A stretch of 63,644 nucleotides of DNA, filler included, from Folioceros fuciformis (GCA_049999805.1; 9 parts of 9 records of this genome joined end to end with filler, not necessarily neighbours in it), one strand, 5' to 3'. Shown: positions 46,341 to 59,230, counted from the first letter of the whole stretch. The notes: generated by a model from the letters alone, not told the origin. Numbers and translations: made by a program.

Positions 46341-48592
46341 TAAGAACATGTTGGTTAGTTTCAGGTCAATAGGTTAGGAACCTAGCGGTTATAACTGTCA
46401 ACTCCTTGAGTTCACGAGACATGGTTTGTACGCAACATATAGTATGCTATGCAAGCATTCCTTGCTTCGTAGGCGCGCCTCCTACTTGTCATGGTATCAG
46501 AGCTGCTTTACACTTAATGATTCCTGCTATGGCCTAATGGATCGTTCACCTTGATCACGGCGATGCGTTCTTTCCTACATATCGTGGGAATATGCAATGC
46601 TGAGGTGTTGACAACAAATGCATCCGGTCGATTGTCGCCTAGAGAATGTCTACAACATCACGCTTGATTAGCAACAATGCCTGGACTTAGGAAGAGACAG
46701 CGCTTCGCACGCAAAGCACAAAGGCTGCAAAGCTTAAGAGCCTGGCAGCGTGAGAAGGACGAGACGTACCTTCAAACACTCCATGCGCTGGCAACAAGTT
46801 TGGGTGAAGATCTGCATCATTTGTGAATTAATGGCAACCAATATTCTTAATGGCTATCCTACCCTTGATGGTTATGATTGGAGTAGCATCGATGTTTCTG
46901 ACCTCGTTTGAACACTATGTTACTTCCTTCGAGCATCAAGTCCTTTTACCTATATTTTCCAACATCAACATATGCTGTGTATGCAAGCTTGCGTGAACAC
47001 TTGAATGCCCTCTTTCTGGGAGAGCCTGCACATGAGCCACTGTACATAGTACATCAGTATGCAGCTCACATACTGTACAAGATTGAATCAGAATATAGCG
47101 TTCACGACGCACATATATTAGAGGTCACCATTCAGCACTGCAGTGAAATAAACAAGCCGTACTCCTGCAAGGCCCCATATAGAGCCATTTTGCTTTAAGA
47201 AGGGCAGATATGGCAAACCAAGCCTCAGCAGCCATTCAACATACATCCCTATCTACTATTGCCAAAGAAGACAAGTTTGATGGGGAGAACTTCCACGTTT
47301 GGAAGTTCCGAATCGAGGTTGTGCTGAAGTCAAGAAAGCTGTGGGGCCATGTTGGTGGGGTAGGTACGCCTCTAGTACTTATACCCAAGCCTGGAGTAGG
47401 ATCTGCACTTGTGGACATTGCCAAGTGGGAGGAAGCTGATCAGCAGGCAAAAGACCTGCTGCATTTTAGTGTGAAAAACACTCACATTGGCATCTTTCAA
47501 GGAGCTGGTGACACAGGAGCGGACTGGTGGAAGCAAGTCAAATTAGTTTATGACTCAAGGGACCTAATGTTACAAACTCTAGTTCTCAAGAAATTCTTAG
47601 GCCTTAAGATGACTGAAGGTGATACTGTTGATAAACATGTATTGGAATTTTATAACTGGAGAGGAAAAATGATTTTTGCAGGGTTTGACCTGGAAGAAGA
47701 ACTGTTGGCCGTCATCTTGCTTACTACACTCCCAGATACATGGTCCGGAGTGATACAAAGCCTGCAAGATGTATCCACAATTACAGTCAACAGAGTAATT
47801 GCAGCAATGCTTATGGAGGAATCCCGGAGGAAGATGTCTAGTACATCTATCTCTTCTAGTGACAAGGCCTTTTATTTGAATAAACCTTTTAGAGGTAGAG
47901 GCCGAGGCCGTCCGTTTGCGAGAGGAGGCTATGGAGGTCGTGGTGGCCGAGGAGGCACCAGACCCCAACAATTCGGAGGAAGTACAAAGCAAAGACCTCC
48001 ATGTGGCCACCGTGGGTTGACAAACCGCACGTGGGAAACTTGTTGGAAGAGACTTGCCGGGGAAGGTGGCCAATCTTCAAGTCATCTGGCTGTCACAATG
48101 AGCAAATACAATCGTGCTTTTGTTACACACCTAACCACCATAAAGGAGAAGCAAGACGACTCACCTGAGTCACATTTAATTCCATCCTGCAATGTAGCTA
48201 CATGCTTTGTCTATCAGCCAACACATCGTTGGCATATTGACAATGGGGCCTCTCAACACATGACCCCACATTCTGCATACTTCATTGAACTGCATGATAG
48301 CGCTCCTATTGAGTTTGTGTGTTTGGGAGATGATACCACACACAAGATAGAAGGTCAAGGAACAATTCAGCTCAATCTCGAGCCCAATCAACAATTTGGA
48401 GATATCAAATGTATTATATGTTCCAGGTTTGACAAAGACCCTTGTATCAGTCCCGAAGATTGACGAATTTGGCTGTTATGCTTGTTTTGGTGGTGGCAAG
48501 TGTGTAGTTGAAACTGCAGACGGCACACTTTTGGCCACTGGTCACCTGCAAGACGATGACCTCTATCACTTAGACCTCAAGAAGCAGCAGGC
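46341..48592 (+). mobile_element. Ty1/copia family E, copy 1
   Basis: 151-bp LTR 46341-46491, PBS 46492-46503, ORF-A 46677-46911 (5-bp deletion), ORF-B 46917-47198, gag-PR from 47210. Confidence 0.93.
46917..47198 (+). CDS. Leader ORF-B of copia E (93 aa, His/Tyr-rich)
   Basis: Intact here. Homologues at 49295-49576 and 52793-53074, with mostly synonymous differences between E and F. Confidence 0.75.
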   Translation: MLLPSSIKSFYLYFPTSTYAVYASLREHLNALFLGEPAHEPLYIVHQYAAHILYKIESEYSVHDAHILEVTIQHCSEINKPYSCKAPYRAILL

Positions 48593-49830
48593 TGAAAGTA
48601 TACATGTAGTTAGTTAGTTACAGGTCATTAGGTTAGAAACCCTAGCGGGCGGTTAGGACCCCTAACGGCCAACCGTCCACCGCTACCACATTCATAAGAC
48701 ATGGTCTATACATTTTCTTTCCTAAGCAAGCATCTCTCTTGTGATCTCTCATGGTATGAGAGCCAGACTTTGATCCCCTAATCACTGTTCTGGCCTGATG
48801 CTTCATGCGTGGTAGCTGCTGTGTTGCATTCTTTCCTATCCTGGGATGGAATATGTGACGTGGTGGTTATCATTTTCAAGAACGCTTGCTTCTCTGCAAT
48901 TTTTTGTGCTACTCCTTCATGAGGTAGCACAATCCATGCGTTCTCTTCCTGCCAAGATCTGAGCGCTGCTATCTGGTGGATTGCTGTCAGCACATGAATC
49001 TGGTTGAAGCTCATCTGGAGAATGTTACAGCACAACACCAAGTTATCAGCTATGCCTGGTCTTAGGAAGCTACAACGCCTTGCACACAGAGCTAGCAGGC
49101 AGCAAGAATTGAGAGTGTGGCAGCGAAGAAGGGACAAGGAGTACCTCCAAACACTCGCCCCTAATCGCTGGCAACAAGTTTGGAACAAGGTCTGCATAAT
49201 TCTTGAATTGATGGCAACCAATGTCCTCAATGGATACCTGCTTTGGATGGCTATGATTGAGCAATATCGATGTTTTTGACCTTGTTTGACAAACATGTTG
49301 CTTCCTTCGAGCAGCAAGACCTTCTATCTTTGCTTTCCAACTTCAGCATATACTGTGTATGCAAGTTTGCGTAAACACCTAAATGCTCTCTTCTTGGGAG
49401 CCCCTGCACATGAACAACCATGCATTGTGCATCAGTATGCAACGCACATACTGTACAAGATATAATCTGAGTATAGCGTCCACCACACACACCTGCTGGA
49501 GGTTACCTTACAGCGCTGCAGTCACCAGCATCAGCCCTATTCCTGCAAAGCCACATATAAACCTGTTCAACAGCAGAAGGGACAACTATGGCGGGCCAGG
49601 TCCCAGCGACTCAGCAGTCACCAATTTTGAACATTGCCAAGGAGGACAAGTTCGATGGTGAGAACTTCCATGTATGGAAGCTACGCATGGAGGAAGTTCT
49701 GAAGTCACGCAAACTCTGGGGCCATGTCCAAGGCATAGGCACACCTCCGGTGCCTATACCTAAACCTCCTCCTGGTTCAGCAACTGAAGACATAGCCAAG
49801 TGGGAGGAAGCAGACCAGCAGGCAAAGTCC
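48593..49830 (+). mobile_element. Ty1/copia family F (sister of E) nested in E
   Basis: LTR 48593-48751 (TG...CA), PBS TGGTATGAGAGCC, ORF-A 49052-49289, ORF-B from 49295, gag ATG 49588. Confidence 0.92.
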
Positions 49831-49936
49831 NNNNNNNNNNNNNNNNNNNNNNNNNNNNNNNNNNNNNNNNNNNNTTAATTAATTAANNNNNNNNNNNNNN
49901 NNNNNNNNNNNNNNNNNNNNNNNNNNNNNNACTTAC

Positions 49937-50236
49937 TCGATTTCGTTCATCAATCTCTGATTTATATGCCTTTTCAGCTCGAGCCCTCTCCTTTGCATGT
50001 CTTTCATCCATGGCTGCTTTTCTTTTGTTATCCTCAAACACCTATGCAATAATATATGTTCTACAATCCCAAACAAAAATCTTGCAACCAAGTGAGTAAC
50101 ATGTGAACAAAAGATGAATATTTGAACAAACCTTCACACCATGTAGTCTTTGAGATGCAGCACGAGCCTCTAAATAATTTCCTTCAATCTCACACTTCTT
50201 TCTATAATCATCAAGTTCTCTCATTACATCCAATAC
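49937..50236 (-). CDS. Two exons of a host coiled-coil protein resembling a family conserved in flagellated eukaryotes (partial gene)
   Basis: Exons 50236-50132 (VLDVMRELDDYRKKCEIEGNYLEARAASQRLHGVK) and 50041-49937 (VFEDNKRKAAMDERHAKERARAEKAYKSEIDERNR), 105 bp each and phase 0, with AG/GT borders and a 90-bp intron. Family assignment is from recall, not a search. Confidence 0.75.
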
Positions 50237-51529
50237 CTATATAAAACAAAGCTATTTTTATTAAAAATAATCATAATATATTTATGAGGGCTCAAAAAAT
50301 TGTTTGATTAGTGTATCTTGCTTTTCAATTCTAGTGCCAACCACATGGTTTACATAGTTGTTATGTATGAAGATGAGCTTATTTTTATGATTTGATAATA
50401 CTAATTGCAGAGCAAGGTTGTGTACGGCTAGTATTTAGGGCAGAAACTAAAGGAGAAGGGTGAGGGAAGGAGAGGAAACATGGCGGAAGTGAAAGCAACG
50501 GAGGAGGAGAAGGGGGTGGGAATGGGAGTAGAAATGTAGGTGGAGAAGCAGGAGGAAAGGAGGAGATAGGGTGAGAGGGAAAACTAAAGGACCAACCAAG
50601 TACCATGTACCATGTGGGGTTGTCCATCCCTCGGTTGTAGCTACATCACCTGCGGTCATTGTAGTAGCATTGCCAAAGTCCTTCCCCATGAGTCTAGTGT
50701 CATGCTAGAAGCGGCTATCTACTTACATACTCCACCACTCAACTCAAAATACCAACTATAAGTCACTCTCAATACAAACGTTTACATCCATCCACTACAC
50801 GCTTAACAAGGAGCCGATCCTTGAGCAAGAAAGCTGCCCCTCCACTCTCATTTCAAGTGAGGAATTCGAGGCCAATCTCGGAAAATCCTGCCACCAAATT
50901 TTCCGAGATGCTACCTTGATGGCTCACCTTACCACAGTGAGCCACCACCAGCACTGTCACCAATGATTGTGGTTCCAAGGAATTCCCTCGTTCTTAATTT
51001 CCCTGGCTATCTCCTTGGCCCAAGATATCGCAGTAAAGCTGCGTGCAGTCGGCTAGGCTTGCTCGACAACTAGCTCCTTTGTTAAGATGATTTAGGAGTG
51101 CTCTTGATTTCACCTTTGTCGAATCATACAAGAATGCCTGCCGTTCAAGAGTACATGTGCAGTAGGTCCGGAGAGCTAGAGAGAACGATGTTCCGCTCGG
51201 AAAGCAGCCCGTCCAAGCTATGAAGTAGGAGCCAAGCCTTCGTAGCTTCGCCTACCACCTCCCTCTCTGTCACGAAGCAACAGGAATTAGGCTGGGCTGT
51301 GATACACTCCATAGAGGTACCTTTGGTGGGCATTCGAAAGCTCTTGATGAGCACACAAGATGTGTTCCACCGGATGCCCGAAAACCCATGTGACGTCCTC
51401 TTGTGCAAGTCTCTAAGGCAACGGAGGTGTCATCTTGAGGCCAGTCTCAAAACTCGCTTGCTGTCTGCATCGGAGCAACCTAGGTTGTGAATTCTGGAAT
51501 GCCACGAATGCCAGGTGGTATTACCCCTC

Positions 51530-52092
51530 CACCAACACCCTGAGCCCCATGCCCACAAAGATGCATGCCGCATGCAGACCCACCATGCCGGATTCAAAGA
51601 TGCCCTCAGTGCAAAGAAGTACTGGAACCTAGTGGCTTGGGCCTGTAGCACGTACACCACCCCAAACTTGAAGAACCACGTGAATTCCTTCACATACACT
51701 TTGGCCTCGATCACCAAGGCTGCTAGCACGGCAGCCCAGGAAACCGCAGAGAGGGCTAGGGCAAAAATTTCGGAGGGAGGCATGCCTTGCTCCCTGTCCT
51801 ACGGTGCATTCACAGTGCTCCATCCCAGGGACAGTTCTAGCACGGGGGCAGCCACCAAGAAAGCCGCTAGGACCGCCTTCAATGTTTGTGGCAATAGCAA
51901 TTTGAGGCGGAAGCGCATTAGCCTGGGCACTAAGACCAGGAGGTGGATTTGCCACAATACCAGGTAGAGCAGAACACTGTGCAAGATTCTGAGCACCACT
52001 GCGTCCACCATGCAGAGCGTGAAGCTGCCGAAGCTGTTGGCTAGCTGTGTTGCCCACATGCCCTCTGCAATTGGGTGGCAGACGGATGCCAT
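51530..52092 (-). pseudogene. ABCC/MRP transporter N-terminal (TMD0) fragment, ABCC1/2-like
   Basis: CHP...W....NSFGSFTLCMVD...PPSE.F...SW.....IEAKVYVKEFTWFFKFGVVY resembles plant ABCC1/2 N-termini. In-frame TAG at 51799-51801; similarity is lost after about 51530. Confidence 0.8.
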
Positions 52093-52187
52093 CTTCTCCT
52101 TCCAGCGATCCGGGCCTGAGAGGGCGTCATTCCAAGCTTGGGATCAATGAGGTAGCTCTCATCCCACACAAAGTCGAAGGCCATGAC

Positions 52188-55010
52188 TGAGAACATGTTG
52201 GTTAGTTTCAGGTCAATAGGTTAGGAACCCTAGCGGTTGTAACTGTCAACTACTTGAGTTCACAAGACATGGTCTGTAAGCAACACACAGTATGCTATGC
52301 AAGCATTCCTTGCTTCGTAGGCGCGCCCCCTACTTGTCATGGTATCAGAGCTGCTTTACACTTATTGATTCCTGCTATGGCCTGATGGATCGTTCGCCTT
52401 GATCACGGTGATGCATTCTTTCCTACATATCATGGGAATATGCAATGCTGTGGTTGTTCTTTTAAGGAAGCCGAGGTGTTGACAACAAATGCATCCGGTT
52501 GATTATCGCCTGGAGAATGTCTACAACATCACGCTTGATTAGCAACAATGCCTGGACTTAGGAAGAGACAGCGCTTGGCACACAGAGCACAAAGGCTGCA
52601 AAGCTTAAGAGCCTGGCAGCATGAGAAGGATGAGGCGTACCTTCGAACACTTGCCTCCACGCGCTGGCAACAAGTTTGGGTGAAGATCTGCATCATTTGT
52701 AAATTAATGGCAACCAATATTCTTAATGGCTATCCTGCCCTTGATGCTTATGATTGGAGTAGCATCAATGTTTCTGACCTCGTTTGAACACTATGTAACT
52801 TCCTTCGAGCATCAAGTCCTTTTACCTATATTTTCCAACATCAGCATATGGTGTGTATGCAAGCTTCCGTGAACACTTGAATGCCCTCTTTTTGGGAGCG
52901 CCTGCACATGAGCCACCGTACATAGTACATCATTATGCAGCTCACATACTGTACAAGATTGAATTAGAGTATAGTGTTCATGAGGCACATATATTCGAGG
53001 TCACCATTCAGTGCTGCAGTGAAATAAACAAACCGTACTCCTGCAAGGCCTCATATAGAACCATTTTGCTTTAAGAAGGGTGGATATGGCAAACCAAGCC
53101 TCAGCAGCCATTTAGCATACATCCCTGTCTACTATTGCCAAAGAAGACAAGTTTGATGGGGAGAACTTCCACGTTTGGAAGTTCCGAATCGAGGTTGTGC
53201 TGAAGTCAAGAAGTTGTGGGGCCATGTTGGTGGGGTAGGTATGCCTCCAGTACCTATACCCAAGCCTGGAGTAGGATCTACACTTGAGGACATTGCCAAG
53301 TGGGAGGAAGCTGATCAGCAGGCAAAAGACCTGCTGCATTTTAGTGTGAAAAGCACTCACATCGGCATCTTTCAAGGAGTTGGTGACACAGCAGCGGACT
53401 GGTGGAAGCAAGTCAAATTAGTGTATGACTCAAGGGACCTCATTTACAAACTCTAGTTCTTAAGAAATTCTTAGGCCTTAAGATGACTGAAGGTGATACT
53501 GTTGATAAACATGTATTGGAATTTCGTAACTGGAGAGGAAAAATGATTTTTGCAGGGTTTGAACTGGAAGAAGAACTGTTGGCCGTCATCTTGCTTACTA
53601 CACTCCCAGATACATGGTCCGAAGTGGTACAAAGCCTGCAAGATGTATCCACAATTACAGTCAACAGAGTAATTGCTGCAATGCTTATGGAGGAATCCCG
53701 AAGGAAGATGTCTAGTACATCTATCTCTTCTAGTGACAAGGCCTTTTATTTGAATAAACCTTTTAGAGGTAGAGACCAAGGCCATCCGTTTGCGACAAGA
53801 GGCCGTGGAGGTCGTGGTGGCCGAGGAGGCACCAGACCCCAACAATTCGGAGGAAGTACAAAGCAAAGACCTTCATGTGGCCTCTGTGGGATGACAAACC
53901 ACATGTGGGAAACTTGTCGGAAGAGACTTGCCGGGGAAGGTGGCCAATCTTCAGGTCATCTGACTGTCACAATGAGCAAATACAGCCGTGCTTTTGTTAT
54001 GCACGTAACCACCACAAAGGAGAAGCAGGACGACTCACCTGAGTCACATTCAATTCCATCATGCAATGTAGCTACATGCTTTGTCAATAAGCCAACGCAT
54101 GATTGGTATATTGATAGTGGGGCCTCTCAACACATGACCCCACGTTCTGCATACTTCACTGAACTGCATGATAGTGCTCCTACTGAGTTTGTGCGTTTGG
54201 GAGATGATACCACACACAAGATAGAAGGTCAAGGAATAATTCATCTCAATCTCAAACCCAATCAACATTTGGAGATATCAAATGTATTCCTGGTTTGACA
54301 AAGAACCTTGTATCAGTCCGGAAGATTGACGAATCCGGCTGTTATGCTTGTTTCGGTGGTGGCAAGTGTGTAGTTGAAACTGTAGACGACACACTTTTGG
54401 CCATTGGTCACCTGCAAGACCATCGATGACCTCTATCACTTAGACCTCAAGAAGCAGCAAGCAAACTCAGCCTCAGCTCATTCTCACTTTGCCAAACCCT
54501 CACTTACTTACTTGTGGCATTTGCGTCTTGGCCACATGAATTTTCCAAAACTTGTGAAGATGTATAAGGAGCATCTAGTTGTTGGCGTCACTCTGAATGA
54601 CTTTGGCGCTTGTGAGGCATGTATTCTTGGCAAGCATAAACGAGCCCCGTTTCCTACAAAAGCAGCCACAAGAGCTACTAAAGTGTTAGGACTTGTGCAT
54701 ATTTGTGGCCCCTTACCTAAATCTAATGGTGGCAAGGAGTATTTTCTGACCTTTATAGATGACTTCACGTGTTTTTGTGTAGTCTATCTCCTGAAGCGCA
54801 AGTCTGACATCTTTGGCTGCTTCCTAGAGTTCAAGGCATGGGCTGAGCAGCAGACGGGCCATGCGTTGAAGCAACTCTGTACCGACAATGGCGGAGAGTA
54901 TTTATCTAGTGAGTTTGTCTCCTTCTGCAAAACTCATGGTATTGGTCGTCAGCTTACCAATGCACCTACTCCTCAGCAAAACAACGTTTCAGAAAACAAG
55001 AATCAGGCAT
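52188..55010 (+). mobile_element. Ty1/copia family E, copy 2
   Basis: LTR 52188-52339 (TGA...TCA), PBS 52340-52351, ORF-A, ORF-B, gag ATG 53086, PR and IN. Cut by the LTR of H. Confidence 0.94.
52548..52787 (+). CDS. Leader ORF-A of copia E (79 aa, basic helical)
   Basis: Intact MPGLRKRQRLAHRA...DLV*. Start and stop are conserved in all three E/F copies. Confidence 0.75.
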   Translation: MPGLRKRQRLAHRAQRLQSLRAWQHEKDEAYLRTLASTRWQQVWVKICIICKLMATNILNGYPALDAYDWSSINVSDLV

Positions 55011-58000
55011 TGGAAACATATGCTTCTGTGAAAGTTGTGCAAACGATTGTTGCCAAAACTGAATGAATAAAATAATCAATACAAAATGTTTACGAAACAT
55101 GTGTTTAAATATTCATGACTAGAGTCATGTTGTTTCACTTTAACTAAACATATTTAATCTAAATTAAATACATACAACCCTAAGTGTGACAGGGCTTGTT
55201 ATCTTAACACTCCCTCTCAAGCTTCACGCTTAGGTAACAACTGGTCTAGAGCAATCTCCACATAAATGAAGCAAGGCAAATAGTCCACCAGCGGGCAATG
55301 ATTCTCCACACATGAGGCCTCCCCCACTTTGTGGTAGAAAACACATGTGCTAGCGGCGCAGCAGTAGCAGTTTTGAAATTGAAGAAAGCTCATAAAGAAA
55401 AATGGAGATAAATAACTCACAACTGGTTGTCTGCTTATGGCTTCATCTATAGGGTCGTTCGCTCCCTCTGTAGGTCTAATCCTACACTATGTGTCATTCA
55501 CATAAGCTGAGTAGTCACCCAGCTCTAAGCCATCCATATGCTTATAATGTTTTGGCTTAGAAAGTGCTTTGGTTAGAATGTCGGCCACATTGTCATCTGT
55601 TCCAACATAACTAACCTTCATTACCCCTCTATCCACGGCATCCCTGATGTAATGATGGGATATCTCTATATGCTTGGTGCGTGCATGGAATCGAGGATTA
55701 GCGACCAGGGCAAGGGCTGACATGTTGTCGCATAGGATAGGAGTAGGATCCTGTTGTGTCTGCCCCAAGTCGTGCAAGAATCTCCTCTCCCATTCAGCCT
55801 CCTTGGTGGCCTCTGAGAAATTTATACTCTGCCTCTGTTGAAGATAAAGATACAGAGGGTTGTTTCTTGCAACTCCAATTAATAGCAGCTTCTGCAAGAA
55901 GAAAACAATATGTGGAGAGGCTGTGACGGGAGTCAGCATCAGACGCCCAGTCGGCATCTGTGAAACCTTGGAGGATGAGCTTAGGCTTGCCACTACGCTT
56001 GTATATGAGCCCATGTGTCATTGTGCCTTTTAAGTATCTAAAGATACGCTTGACGGCAACCCAATGAGCCCTACCAAGGTGTTCTAAGAACTACGACACT
56101 GTACTAACTGCATATAGGATGTCGGGTCAAGTCCAGTTCGTCACAAAAATGAGGCTCCCAACTGCATGTCTATAGGGTACATCCTGCATATCCAGCTGCT
56201 CCTCTGGGGTCTAAGCACACTGAAGGCTAGTAAGCTTCACGCCCACAGCAGCTAGGGTAATAGTGGGTCGTGCCTCATCCATATGAAACTTGGTCAAAAT
56301 CACCTTGATGTATTTATTTTGATGTATGGCCATCACCCCATCAGCTCTCACTGTCCCTCATGTTGTTGCATGTAGAGTTCCTCCTCAAGCTTGCCATACA
56401 AATAAGTTGTGCATACATCCATTTGATGCAGATACAGATCGTGTTCCGTAGCCATAGCAAGCAGCATCCTGATTGATTGAGATATGACTACGGGGCCTCA
56501 AAAGTCTAAAGTCTCTTGGTAATCTAGGCCTTCAACTTGCTTGAAGCCCCTAGCCACGAGTTTGGATTTGTAACGTGCAATCTCTCCCTTGGAGTTGAGT
56601 TTGTGCTTGAAACCCACTTGCACGAGATGGGTTTCCTACCAAGTGGCAAATCCACTAACTTCCATGTATTATTCTTGATCAAGGATTGATACTCATCCTC
56701 AACTGATATACGCCACTTGTCACCATCAGGGCCATACAAGGCTTGCTTCAAGTTGATTGGCTCATCAGGGATGACAGCAGCGAGTGATATGGAAGTGTTG
56801 CGGAAATCTATAAACTGATAGGGGGGATCGATCCACTCGGCTCTAGGTAGTCTATGGCGGGTGGATCTACGCAACTCGGGCTCTGGTGGAACTTCTACAA
56901 CCTGTGGTGGCATGACATCTGGCTCTAAAACAGGTTCATGGTCATCCTGAAGAGGGTCAGGAATTGCATCTTCCATGAAAGATTCAGGGTGATGTGCAAG
57001 GTTGTTGTCCACAGCTGGTGCATTCAAGTGTTCATGTGCCAGCTCATCTACAGGTGCATGGGCAGGCTGGACATCCTGTGTATCTAAAATAGGCAGAGGG
57101 TTAGCTGGCAGCTCATCATCTTGTGGATACATGGCAGGTACCTGATTAGTGTCCTGCTCATCATCTTGTGGATACATGGCAGATACCTGATTAGTGTCCT
57201 GCTCATCATCTTGTGGATACATGGCAGGTACCTGATTAGTGTCCTGCTCATCATCATAATCAGCTAATGGAGCTGCTCCCTCTACTGACGTGGTCGGTTC
57301 ACCATGAGCATAGCTAGGTTCAGTGAAAGTGACACTATGAGCTAAGGTTAGAGAGTGAGTAACCGGATCATAGAGCTTGTATGCCTTGGCAGTCTCGCTG
57401 TATCCAACGAAAACAAGGCCCTTGGCTCTCATGTCAAGCTTTCTCCTCTTTTTGGAAGGGATATAAGTGAATGCCTTCGCTCCAAAAACTCGAAGATGAA
57501 GCAGGCTAGGCTTACGCTTCCAAAATACCTCATATGGTGTCCTTCCGTGTACAGCACTGGTGAGCACCCGATTGAGGATGTACGTCGCAGCAACTACGGC
57601 CTCTACCCAATACCCTTGAGGTAGACCTGCCCAAAGCAGCATACTCCTCGTCATACCTAGCAGAGTTTGGTTCTTGCGCTCGGCAACTTCGTTCTGTTGT
57701 TGACTACAGGGTACACTAAGCTGGCGCTGAATGCCATGTTGTGCCAAGTACTCGTTGAAGGTTGCGTTGACAAATTCCGTTCCATTATTAGTGCACAGTA
57801 TTCTAAGAAGATGACCCGACTGTCTCTGGGCAACAGGCAACCATTCCTGGAAACAGGTGAATGTATCACTCTTCAACTGCATAGGAAAGGTCCATGTGTA
57901 CCTACTATAGTCGTCGGTCAAGCAAAAGTAGTAACGAGATCCGCCAAGTGAAGCCTCATGTATCTTCTCAGATATATCCGCGTGGACAAGCTCCAATACT

Positions 58001-59230
58001 TGTGATGCCCTATGTGCAGGTGCATTAGGGAAAGGAGCCTTCTTCTTCTTGCCAAGAATGCATGCTTTGCAGACTGTAAGGTCTTTGAAGCACTTGGGCA
58101 GGGGTTCTCGAAAACATTCCTTGTTGGACATGTCCACCAGCTTTGCTCGGTTGACGTGTCCTAGGCAAGCATGCCACAAAGCAGCCAGCTTCTTCTAGTC
58201 CATGTGGGTACTCCCTGTAGAACATACTGTATGAACACGCTTGCAGTTGATGTTCAGCTTGTACAAGTCGTTGACTACCACCACCCCTTCGAAAGCACAG
58301 ATACCAGGTGAATTTGCCTTGCTAAAGGAACAAGACACCTGATCAGCTTGCATAAGAAGAGCGTGTGACTTCAACAATCTGCTAAGTGACATCAAATTCT
58401 TCGCCATCCTCGGGACATACAGCACCCCATCAAGAGTAAGCTGTGTATTGTCCGACAGGATAAAGGTTCACCTCCCGTGCCCTCTGATCTGAAACCTAGT
58501 CTCAGTCCTCTCATCTCCCAACAACACTTTCTCAGCTACTTTGAGCAGATGCAGATGTGAAAACTGGTACTTGTCCATACAAATATGTGTAGTTGCTCCA
58601 GAGTCCAAATACCAACTGATACTATCCCTCATGGAGCTAGACAGGCAAACAGTATAAATCCTCACAATAGATTTATCGTGGTCACTCTAGACTTGTCTTT
58701 CATTGCCATGCTGGAAGTAGGTTTGTGTTGGCGCTACAGCCCGCCTACCTTCTCCTTGCGGCAGTCACGGGCCCAGTGCTCAACTATCCCACACCAATTA
58801 CAGTTGCCTGTTTTCTTAGTGGAAAAAAATCTAGAGTCACTAGCATGCTGACCTGATCTTGAGTCTTCCCTTTATTTGTGTGCGGCTTGAACTTCGTAGC
58901 CATGACCTTTTCACTTTTGTGTTTATGTCACTCTTGTGTTTATAAGCTATTGACTTTGCTCCTCCTGGTACAATGCCCCAATGACATTCTCCAATGTCCT
59001 AGTGTTGGATGTGCTCGCAGCGCCAATGTCCTAGTGTTGGATGTGCTCGCAGCGCCTGTAGGGCGAATTGGACCATTTTGTATACTCACAAAATTTTGAT
59101 AGGATGGTGGAAGACTGATCAGCAGTTGCGCAATGGCATCCTCTTCATCCATAGTAAAATTAAAAGATACCAAAATTAAAAATTAAAAGACTCCTTCATC
59201 TTAAGGGTGAAGAGCTCCTGCCTTGCAGCG
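55011..59230 (-). mobile_element. Ty1/copia family H (related to B), decayed, with 3' LTR
   Basis: LTR 55011-55209 (TGTTAAG...TTTCCA on minus), PPT CTTGAGAGGGAG 55210-55221, RH, RT with an internal deletion, IN, PR, and gag EEDAIAQLL. Confidence 0.92.
57111..57255. repeat. 45-bp in-frame tandem repeat x3.2 in IN-RT linker
   Basis: Encodes DDEQDTNQVPAMYPQ repeats. Confidence 0.93.

Noticed and set aside
48778-49317. 179-aa antisense ORF in the F leader
   Set aside because: Largely the mirror frame of ORF-A and not open over the same span in E copies.
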